40,444 bases of DNA from a virus: IMG/VR virus record IMGVR_UViG_3300025018_000052, positions 1-40,444 of that record, one strand, 5' to 3'. The notes under the pieces were generated by a model. The model did no database searches, was not told the origin of the DNA, and was given only the letters and a program-made list of their open reading frames with translations. A program made the position numbers and the translations under genes. Shown piece by piece: positions 34,541-40,444 of this stretch; the first letter of the stretch is position 1, and the number at the start of each line of letters is the position of its first letter.

Positions 34541-34638
34541 TAAGGTAGGGTTAGGAATAATGTCACTATTAAATCAAGCAAGACAAAACAAATAAGAAAG
34601 AAATATAACATTACAATTTTGTCTGTGATTTTATTCAT
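34540..34638 (-). CDS. 32-aa hydrophobic mini-protein (not in the ORF track)
   Basis: Manual translation gives MNKITDKIVMLYFFLICFVLLDLIVTLFLTLP, a single TM helix. Its ATG overlaps the stop of the upstream gene (ATGAATAA) and its stop overlaps the next ATG (TAATG), so it exactly fills the apparent gap. Confidence 0.4.
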   Translation of the reverse strand: MNKITDKIVMLYFFLICFVLLDLIVTLFLTLP

Positions 34639-34894
34639 GAGTTGTTACGTTAAACAAAACAGGGCTATTTATTTGCAAAGAATCATCTTTTAAAAGTAAG
34701 GAGTGATCCATGTATGGGGTAAGGTTACATCCTGTTTCTTTGTAGACAATTATTCTAAGGAAATTGGATATTGTTTTGTAGCCGGAAAGTCTTACAAACT
34801 TTTTGAGACGAGTAAAAGATTCTTTATCGACAACAATGTTTAAATACGTTACGCCCATGTTTTTATACTCTACTCTTAGTTTTTTTGTTGGCAT
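34631..34894 (-). CDS. Hypothetical protein, possibly a ribbon-helix-helix DNA-binding protein
   Basis: 87 aa. LNIVVDKESFTRLKKFVRLSGYKTISNFLRIIV fits a beta-strand, helix, helix (CopG/Arc-like) pattern. Confidence 0.35.
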   Translation of the reverse strand: MPTKKLRVEYKNMGVTYLNIVVDKESFTRLKKFVRLSGYKTISNFLRIIVYKETGCNLTPYMDHSLLLKDDSLQINSPVLFNVTTHE

Positions 34895-34905
34895 ATAATA
34901 TTTAA

Positions 34906-35529
34906 TTAAAATGGTAAGTCAAGAACCTCTTCTTCGTCTTCTTTAGGGGCTATAATATCCTCAAAAGCTTGTTCTTGTGGTGATGGGGTTGAAATATGGG
35001 GTTTTTCGACATTAATACCCATGTTTCTATTTATTTCCGTGACTCGATCAATACACCATTGCTCAACCTTTGAATCATCTTTAAATGTTTTTCCAGACGG
35101 AGTTGTAATTGTTTCCGCTTTTGGCATTTCTTCTGGTCCATATTTCCAAGAAAGAACAAAGCCATCTTGTTTTAATCCTATTCGTATATATTTCTCGTCT
35201 CTTACCCAATATTCAAGCTCTATTTTGTTCATCATGTCAGCCGAACAAAGCGAGTTTAGCAAAGATTTTGTTGGTCCTCCGCACTTGTGCATTTTAAGTA
35301 CGCATGTTACAACTTCCCCATTGTCTTCATGGGAAAAGGTAATCTTCCACGCCCAGTCTTTTTTGTTATCGTATTCATATTCAAACTGACTAATTGATTT
35401 TACAACGCCTTCAATTCCGTCCGGAAAAATTTCAATAGATCTTCCAGAAAGGTCTTTTCCTTTGTAAACTTTTAATCTTCGTTCTTTGGTAAAACTAGCG
35501 TAATGAACAGGGGCTTTTGTAGTATACAT
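34906..35529 (-). CDS. Putative single-stranded DNA-binding protein
   Basis: 207 aa in the replication block. The acidic C-terminal tail ending EDEEEVLDLPF recalls the acidic, aromatic-terminated tips of bacterial SSB (DDDIPF) and T7 gp2.5. Confidence 0.5.
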   Translation of the reverse strand: MYTTKAPVHYASFTKERRLKVYKGKDLSGRSIEIFPDGIEGVVKSISQFEYEYDNKKDWAWKITFSHEDNGEVVTCVLKMHKCGGPTKSLLNSLCSADMMNKIELEYWVRDEKYIRIGLKQDGFVLSWKYGPEEMPKAETITTPSGKTFKDDSKVEQWCIDRVTEINRNMGINVEKPHISTPSPQEQAFEDIIAPKEDEEEVLDLPF

Positions 35530-35580
35530 TTTAATTTTGTTAAATTTTATTGTGAGAGGATTTTTTTACCGAGCTCCCCT

Positions 35581-35781
35581 CTAGCCTCGTTTTGAGCACA
35601 GAACTAAAAAGACTCTTTCAAACTTAATTCCAAGCTCTTCAAAAGCCGCCATCTTTATCGGGGATAGGGTCTTTTGTCCGGTAATCGTTTGAAAGACTGT
35701 TTCAAGTTTTGGGTCCGCAATGTAAATGCAGGCTTTTCCGTACACGTCTTTGATTTTGTATTCAATCTTAGTTGCTTTCAT
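35581..35781 (-). CDS. Hypothetical protein
   Basis: 66-aa ORF downstream of a candidate promoter. Confidence 0.4.
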   Translation of the reverse strand: MKATKIEYKIKDVYGKACIYIADPKLETVFQTITGQKTLSPIKMAAFEELGIKFERVFLVLCSKRG

Positions 35782-35810
35782 TGTAACGGGGTTAACGTTT
35801 ATTTGATTGT

Positions 35811-35839
35811 ATTATATTTTTAAAATCATAAAAAAGCAA
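35811..35839 (-). promoter_or_regulatory. Candidate sigma70-like promoter (TTGCTT-17-TATAAT on the minus strand)
   Basis: The reverse complement reads ttgctt ttttatgattttaaaaa tataat, in the 104-nt gap between dnaB and the next gene. Confidence 0.35.
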
Positions 35840-35885
35840 AATAAAAATTAGTAATATCCCTTTGACTTTTTATCCATTTTGTTTC

Positions 35886-37118
35886 CTATATCTTGCTTCC
35901 GATGTCTGAGTATGTCATTATTTTGTGCTCAAAATAGAGAAGATGATCAAATATCACTGGTCCGTTTCTATTCTTTGCTATGATAAAATTAGCGGAGGTT
36001 GTTGTTTTATCTTCCCTATGCAAAATAAAAACAAGATCTGCGTCTTGTTCTATGTTTCCGGAGTCTCTAAGATCTGCGAGAGATGGAATCCCTGTTGCTC
36101 GTTTCACTTGCGAAAGTGCAATTACAGGAGCCCCAATTTCCAGCGCTATTTCTTTGAGGTTTCGTGTTATGTTTCCGATCCTGTCATTATTTGTTATGTT
36201 TCCATTGGTTGAATCTTTGAGATACTGGATGTAGTCAACTACAATTAGATTTGGTTTTCTGTGTCCGGATTCTTGCCGGCATAATCTAGCAATATCTGCG
36301 GATGTCATGGCCCCGGCTTCAATGAATTTTAGGTTTTGGCCATAGCGGTTTATTTCATTTTTTGAGCGTAAAATAGCGTCGTCCGCTTGTCCGTTCTTGA
36401 AAAGGCTTGCGGGGGTGTTTGTTATTTGGCTCAAGGCTCTTGTTATGAGCTCGTTTTTTGTCATTTCAGCGGAAAAGAATAAAACATTTTGATCATACCG
36501 TGCAGCATTAACAGCGATGTTAAGAGCCAAGGCGGTTTTTCCCACGGATGTTTTTGCACCCAAAATAACTAAACTTCCGGGCAAGAGCGGAGCTTCCATG
36601 TCTATCACATCAAAGCCTGTTGGAATGCCTATAGACTTGTTTTCATTGAATCTTTTTTTGTTTTCTTCGTACTGGGCCATATATGCTTCCATTGAATCCG
36701 ATAAGCTAACAGCCTTTCCAGTAGGGAGGGAAACATCAATTTTTTTAAGGTCCTCAAGGTAAGAATCAACATCTTCATCAATTTTGTTTGTTTTGAGTTT
36801 TATCTTGTTCTTGATGTTTTCTTTAGCCAAAAAAAGAACATAATCGCCAAAATACCTCGGATCACAATCTTCCGGAGTGGTAAGAACTTTTGACACCTCG
36901 GAAATTTTTCCGCCTTTTTCCATAAACTTTGCACCAAAAAGCGGAAGGTTTATTGATGTTTTTTCTTTTCTCATTTCGGTTAAAACCTCGTAGGCCAATC
37001 GGTAGTTTGAGTGTTTGAATAGCTCGGGAAGTAAAGAAAATTTTCCTAACAGATCAGGAAACATCACAATTGATCCAATTGTGAATCCTTCAATCTCTAA
37101 TGTTTTTTTGTAGTCCAT
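35886..37118 (-). CDS. dnaB: DnaB-family replicative DNA helicase
   Basis: 410 aa. Walker A GAKTSVGKTALALN, Walker B LIVVDYIQYL, ALSQVKR, and GNIEQDADLVFILHRED (RecA-like core of DnaB). Confidence 0.9.
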   Translation of the reverse strand: MDYKKTLEIEGFTIGSIVMFPDLLGKFSLLPELFKHSNYRLAYEVLTEMRKEKTSINLPLFGAKFMEKGGKISEVSKVLTTPEDCDPRYFGDYVLFLAKENIKNKIKLKTNKIDEDVDSYLEDLKKIDVSLPTGKAVSLSDSMEAYMAQYEENKKRFNENKSIGIPTGFDVIDMEAPLLPGSLVILGAKTSVGKTALALNIAVNAARYDQNVLFFSAEMTKNELITRALSQITNTPASLFKNGQADDAILRSKNEINRYGQNLKFIEAGAMTSADIARLCRQESGHRKPNLIVVDYIQYLKDSTNGNITNNDRIGNITRNLKEIALEIGAPVIALSQVKRATGIPSLADLRDSGNIEQDADLVFILHREDKTTTSANFIIAKNRNGPVIFDHLLYFEHKIMTYSDIGSKI

Positions 37119-37121
37119 GTT

Positions 37122-38081
37122 TTAAAATTTATTAAATTTATCTTCGATGGATTCAACTGTAGATCCTTCCGGTTCTTTTCCGAGCAAAGGCTTGATGTTG
37201 TAGTACAAGAAACGAATAGACGAACATCTTCCTTTTGTCCAACTATTTTGCAGTAATTCTTTAAATGCTTTCTCAAAAATTTCTTTTCCGTGTTTCTCGT
37301 AGAGTAAGACCAAGTGCCGTCCGTACATCCTTTGCGTTTTTGAGGGGTCCGCAAAATAAGTCAAACCAAGTCTACGACGAATCGCTTCCAACATCAAGGT
37401 TATTTTTTCATTTCCAAAAATCGCCGGCCGGGGGGGTAGGGGGGGTGTTTTTGAATCCGATACATTTCCTGTAAGAAAAAAAATTTTAAGAGGTCGCCAG
37501 TGTATTAATATATACATAGCGTTAGCTATGGATATATTAATACATGTATTTAATATATATATATATAAATACATTACAGCGTTTTTATTTTTTACGAATT
37601 GCCCGGTAAATCTTAAAAAAATGACAAGCTCTTTTGGGCTAAGAGCCTTCAATAACTCAATCGGTGGGGGGGTAAATCTTGAATTTAAAAACATCCTTTT
37701 TGTGTTTCCATAGCCAATAATCTTTACTTTATTTGACTGAATCTGATTTTTGTTTTCACTTTTAGAGGGTGGGGGGGTAAATCTTGAATTTTTGACGGTG
37801 TTTTTTTCTTTTGTAGCCTTCAATAACTCAATCGGTGGGGGGGTAAATCTTGAATTTTTAATAGTATATAAATTGCCTTTTTTCTCTACATTAAAGGCAA
37901 ACTCTGTATTAGCAGACCTTTCTTCTGTTAAGTAAAGCCATTTTTTAAGCAAAAACTTTGAAATACCTGTTTCCCTAGAGGCTTTTGTAATTGACAGCAT
38001 GTTGTTTTGTTTTTGTGCACACAAAACAAGCCCTATAATGAGCCAGTACTGGGAATCGAGAATGGAGGTTTTATGATTCAT
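37122..38081 (-). CDS. Putative replication initiator/organiser whose coding sequence contains the iteron array
   Basis: 319 aa, the first gene of the minus arm, immediately upstream of dnaB. HTH-like N-terminus SITKASRETGISKFLLKKW. The peptide repeat NSRFTPPP(IELLKA) occurs three times and is encoded by the DNA repeats. The central segment is translated from an AT-rich tract. Confidence 0.55.
   Translation of the reverse strand: MNHKTSILDSQYWLIIGLVLCAQKQNNMLSITKASRETGISKFLLKKWLYLTEERSANTEFAFNVEKKGNLYTIKNSRFTPPPIELLKATKEKNTVKNSRFTPPPSKSENKNQIQSNKVKIIGYGNTKRMFLNSRFTPPPIELLKALSPKELVIFLRFTGQFVKNKNAVMYLYIYILNTCINISIANAMYILIHWRPLKIFFLTGNVSDSKTPPLPPRPAIFGNEKITLMLEAIRRRLGLTYFADPSKTQRMYGRHLVLLYEKHGKEIFEKAFKELLQNSWTKGRCSSIRFLYYNIKPLLGKEPEGSTVESIEDKFNKF
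37645..37686. repeat. Iteron-like 42-bp repeat, copy 1
   Basis: gccttcaataactcaatcggtgggggggtaaatcttgaattt, identical to 37816-37857. Confidence 0.9.
37768..37791. repeat. Iteron-like repeat, core-only copy
   Basis: ggtgggggggtaaatcttgaattt is identical to the 3' 24 bp of the 42-bp repeat. Confidence 0.85.
37816..37857. repeat. Iteron-like 42-bp repeat, copy 2
   Basis: Identical to 37645-37686. Confidence 0.9.
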
Positions 38082-38100
38082 GTTTATTTTTACGCTTTTA

Positions 38101-38129
38101 TTATTAATCGAATTTAAAAATTTGACAAT
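38101..38129 (-). promoter_or_regulatory. Candidate leftward promoter (TTGTCA-17-AATAAT) for the replication arm
   Basis: Read on the reverse complement. Its -35 overlaps the -35 of the rightward promoter by 5 bp. The -10 is weak and the leader to the ATG at 38081 is very short. Confidence 0.25.
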
Positions 38130-38151
38130 TGAATTTTAAAAAAATAGAATG
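38123..38151 (+). promoter_or_regulatory. Near-consensus sigma70-type promoter (TTGACA-17-TAGAAT) facing groES and the morphogenesis arm
   Basis: ttgaca at 38123-38128, a 17-nt spacer, and tagaat at 38146-38151, about 140 nt upstream of the groES start. Confidence 0.5.
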
Positions 38152-38169
38152 AAATTACAAAATAAGTCT

Positions 38170-38214
38170 CAAAAACCCCAACGTGTTGCTATAAAAAACT
38201 TCCTGGGGTTTTTG
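38170..38214 (+). terminator. Terminator-like leader hairpin downstream of the rightward promoter
   Basis: Perfect 11-bp inverted repeat caaaaacccca ... tggggtttttg with a 23-nt loop. The 3' arm itself ends in five T (ttttt, 38209-38213) and is followed by gaaaataaaaaaa. Confidence 0.35.
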
Positions 38215-38228
38215 AAAATAAAAAAACT

Positions 38229-38261
38229 CTTGATTTTTTCCAAAACAAGAATAAAATCAAG
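38229..38261 (+). promoter_or_regulatory. 9-bp perfect inverted repeat (CTTGATTTT-N15-AAAATCAAG) just upstream of groES
   Basis: Read directly. It sits 29 nt before the groES ATG and could be an operator or an RNA hairpin. Confidence 0.35.
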
Positions 38262-38289
38262 TCAACTTTTAAACATTTAAAATTTTTTT

Positions 38290-38586
38290 ATGGAAAATAA
38301 AAATGGCTACCGTCCATTGGGACGCAGAGTAGTGGTCAAACGCCTCCCAAAGAATTCTGGGGGCTTTGTTCTTTCGCATGAGTTGCAGAATGAAGGTCAT
38401 CCGGACGTGGGAATCATTACCGCAGTGGGAGACCTTCTCCCCCGAGATGTCGTCCGTGGGATTGAGGTGGGAAAAACAGTTTATTACACAAGATTTTCTC
38501 CAGTCAAAATACCAATGGAAGGGGAAGACGAAGAGGTAAATCACTATTTTATTGAGGTCAAAAATATTTTAGGCATTAAACTTTAA
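38290..38586 (+). CDS. groES: GroES/Cpn10-like co-chaperonin
   Basis: 98 aa. YRPLGRRVVVKRL, mobile-loop-like PKNSGGFVL, GIITAVGD, VGKTVYY, and YFIEVKNILGI follow the Cpn10 pattern. Confidence 0.8.
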   Translation: MENKNGYRPLGRRVVVKRLPKNSGGFVLSHELQNEGHPDVGIITAVGDLLPRDVVRGIEVGKTVYYTRFSPVKIPMEGEDEEVNHYFIEVKNILGIKL

Positions 38587-38599
38587 ACAAAAAAATTAC

Positions 38600-40240
38600 A
38601 TGGAATCAAAAAAAATAACTGGAGGTGTTGAGGCAAAAAAACAAATACTTAGAGCCGTAAAAGAAATGGCTGATGTAGTCGGGTCAACAATGGGATCACG
38701 TGGCAGAAATGTTTTACTTGAGTCTTTAGCACGCCCCGGGAAACCGGAAGTCGTAAACGACGGTGTTAAAATTGCACGAGAGTTTTTTTATTTTGATCCC
38801 GTTGAAAATATGGCAGTTCAATTGATAAAAGAGGCTTCTATCCGCACTAATGATGACGCAGGAGACGGCACGACATGTGCAACTGTTCTTGCTGGAGCGA
38901 TTGTAGAAGAAGGCTATAAACACATTATCAACGGAGCTTCTCCGGTGCTTTTGAAACATGTTTTGTGTGAAGAGGCTAAACAGGTTCAATCAGAGCTTCA
39001 AAAGCTTTCTGTAAAAATTAAAGACGCAGAGCAATTGATTCAAGTTGCTCAAATATCAGTTCAAGATGAGAAACTCGGAGCAATGATCGGGTCCGCAATG
39101 TTCAAGTGTGGCAAAGACGGAGCTATTTCGGTTGAGGATAATGTCAATGATGAGATTGTAGTTGAAGAATCTAAGGGAGCAAGATTTGAAATGGGGCACG
39201 CTGGAGGAGTTATTTCTGATCACGATAGGTTTGAACACAAAGGCGAGAACGTGCGGTTTTTAGTTATGAACTACAACATTGAGGATCACGAATTTGATAA
39301 TAGATGGCTACCATTCATTAATAAACTTATTAAGTTAGATGAAAAAGGCCATGTAAGCAAAGTTGAAGTTCCGGCTTTAGTTATTATAACGGAAAAACTT
39401 CCATTACGAGTTTTGCAATTTATTAACGACCCCCATAATTCGTCTCTAGTCAAAATTACATGGGTTCGCCCTCCTTCTTTTGGAGACAAAAGGACCGAAA
39501 TTTTGAAAGACTTTTGTGCACTTACTGGTGCAAAACTTGTGGATAAAGAAGACGCAGTTTACATCAACCGCATTTCTGTAGAGGAATTAGGACAAGCTAA
39601 AACGGTTCACATAACAAGATCTCACACCACTGTTTCTTTAGAAGAAGATTCTGTTTTATTGAAAAACAGAATAGAAACTATTAAGACTCAAATAGAAACA
39701 AGCAATTCAGCGCTGGAAATTGAAAACTTGAAAAAAAGATTAGCAGTTTTAACTGGTGGAATGGCAACTGTAAAAGTTGGTGGTTCAACCGGTGCAGAAG
39801 TGAAGGAGCTAAAGCTTAGGATTGAAGACGCTATCAACGCTTCAAGAAGTGCTATGGAAGCTGGACTTGTTCCGGGTGGTGGAGTAGCTTTATTGGACGC
39901 CGTAAAGGCAGTTGAGGCTAACGGATTGTCTACCGTTGGTTTTTCTTTTGTTCAATCTTTTTTAAGCCCATTCCGTAAAATATTGGAAAACGCAGGATAT
40001 GCGAATGAGGCGATGGTTGATTTTATTAAAAAGAGAGAAAAGGGCGAAGGAATCAATGTTACCAACTTTGAGACGGGAGACATGATAAAAATGGGAATAG
40101 TTGATCCCATTAAAGTTATTTCTCGTGCACTTGCAAATGCAGTCTCTGTTGCTGGTCTTTTATTCACAGCAGATTTTTCCTTAACTATAGAAAAAAACAA
40201 CGGGCTTGAAACAATTAAAAAAATATTAAAAGATGGTTAA
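38600..40240 (+). CDS. groEL: GroEL/Cpn60-like chaperonin
   Basis: 546 aa. GSRGRNVLLE, VVNDGVKIAREF, ENMAVQLIKEASIRTNDDAGDGTTCATVLAGAI, PPSFGDKR, LTGGMATVKVGG, and VPGGGVALL. It lacks the C-terminal GGM repeat tail. Confidence 0.92.
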   Translation: MESKKITGGVEAKKQILRAVKEMADVVGSTMGSRGRNVLLESLARPGKPEVVNDGVKIAREFFYFDPVENMAVQLIKEASIRTNDDAGDGTTCATVLAGAIVEEGYKHIINGASPVLLKHVLCEEAKQVQSELQKLSVKIKDAEQLIQVAQISVQDEKLGAMIGSAMFKCGKDGAISVEDNVNDEIVVEESKGARFEMGHAGGVISDHDRFEHKGENVRFLVMNYNIEDHEFDNRWLPFINKLIKLDEKGHVSKVEVPALVIITEKLPLRVLQFINDPHNSSLVKITWVRPPSFGDKRTEILKDFCALTGAKLVDKEDAVYINRISVEELGQAKTVHITRSHTTVSLEEDSVLLKNRIETIKTQIETSNSALEIENLKKRLAVLTGGMATVKVGGSTGAEVKELKLRIEDAINASRSAMEAGLVPGGGVALLDAVKAVEANGLSTVGFSFVQSFLSPFRKILENAGYANEAMVDFIKKREKGEGINVTNFETGDMIKMGIVDPIKVISRALANAVSVAGLLFTADFSLTIEKNNGLETIKKILKDG

Positions 40241-40409
40241 AATTGAAATAACTTGTGATTATTGCGGACACATGTGGTTTGCAGAAAGAAGGGGAGATGG
40301 AGCCTTAAACAAATTCTATGTTCCCACTTTAGATGCTCGGACCTGTTGTGAAAAATGTGTGCAAAGGGCTTCTAATCTTTTAATTCAAACAGATGGTCCC
40401 GAAAGGTAA
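40233..40409 (+). CDS. 58-aa zinc-ribbon-like protein spanning the circularisation junction
   Basis: Manual translation gives MVKIEITCDYCGHMWFAERRGDGALNKFYVPTLDARTCCEKCVQRASNLLIQTDGPER (CxxC ... CxxC). The start overlaps the groEL stop. The last 92 nt are duplicated at 1-92, and the stop overlaps the TerS-like start by 17 nt. Confidence 0.45.
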   Translation: MVKIEITCDYCGHMWFAERRGDGALNKFYVPTLDARTCCEKCVQRASNLLIQTDGPER

Positions 40410-40444
40410 AAAAAAACCGCAGGGGAAAATAGATAAAGTTAAAC
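40318..40444. repeat. Terminal direct repeat, copy 2 (identical to 1-127)
   Basis: Base-by-base identity with the first 127 nt. Confidence 0.95.

Larger units (their letters stand above)
37425..37857. other. Putative origin of replication: iteron-like repeats, G7 runs and an AT-rich tract
   Basis: Five runs of exactly seven G (37430-36, 37439-45, 37666-72, 37771-77, 37837-43). GGTAAATCTT occurs four times. The AT-rich tract at about 37500-37620 includes atatatatatatata. Confidence 0.55.

Noticed and set aside
37645-37857. The repeat array could be taken for a small CRISPR array.
   Set aside because: There are only two full 42-bp copies plus one core copy. Spacing is irregular (81 and 24 nt between copies). 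The repeats lie inside a long ORF and are translated as peptide repeats. No cas genes are present. An iteron/origin reading fits better.
38082-38289. A CIRCE heat-shock operator (TTAGCACTC-N9-GAGTGCTAA) upstream of groES.
   Set aside because: I looked for it because groESL operons often carry it. No match is present. The inverted repeats that are present have different sequences and spacing.
1-40444. An alternative genetic code (for example UGA or UAG reassignment), as seen in some uncultivated-lineage phages.
   Set aside because: Under the standard code the genome is densely tiled by long ORFs, including one of 10 kb, with conserved motifs in frame. Nothing suggests stop-codon reassignment.
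1-40444. A lysogeny module (integrase, excisionase, CI-like repressor, att site).
   Set aside because: No tyrosine or serine recombinase motifs were seen in any ORF. The genome appears to be that of a virulent phage, or at least a non-integrating one. The small RHH-like ORF alone is not evidence for lysogeny.

Overview
The window looks like a complete, circularly closed dsDNA tailed-phage genome. Bases 1-127 are identical to 40318-40444, so the unique length is 40,317 bp. It is AT-rich by eye and has no integrase, tRNA or CRISPR array.

The genome has two arms that diverge from an intergenic control region at about 38.08-38.29 kb and converge tail-to-tail at 29,981-29,997.

The plus arm runs from 38,290 through the junction to 29,997. 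In order it carries GroES, GroEL, a small zinc-ribbon ORF, the small and large terminase subunits, portal, scaffold, a decoration-like protein and the major capsid protein. These are followed by a beta-helix protein, fibre-like and CBM-repeat proteins that carry Sec-type signal peptides, small membrane proteins, tail and fibre proteins, and a 797-aa coiled-coil protein with a CHAP domain. The arm ends in a 3,362-aa polyvalent protein that takes up one quarter of the genome.

The minus arm runs from 38,081 down to 29,981. It carries a replication initiator whose coding sequence holds iteron-like repeats next to an AT-rich tract, which I read as a putative origin. After it come a DnaB-type helicase, an SSB-like protein, small ORFs, a two-domain endolysin (cysteine peptidase plus M23), a phage Dam-type N6-adenine methyltransferase, a gutted C5-cytosine methyltransferase-like ORF, a very acidic 72-aa protein and a VRR-NUC nuclease.

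The most interesting items are:
- the giant protein, which fuses an N6-adenine methyltransferase, an SNF2 helicase and a RelA/SpoT-like nucleotidyltransferase domain (a candidate injected counter-defence effector);
- a full groES-groEL pair at the head of the morphogenesis operon, behind a near-consensus promoter and a terminator-like leader hairpin;
- the origin embedded in the initiator gene;
- a block of exported and membrane proteins inside the virion module.

All functional calls come from motifs read by eye. No database search was run.
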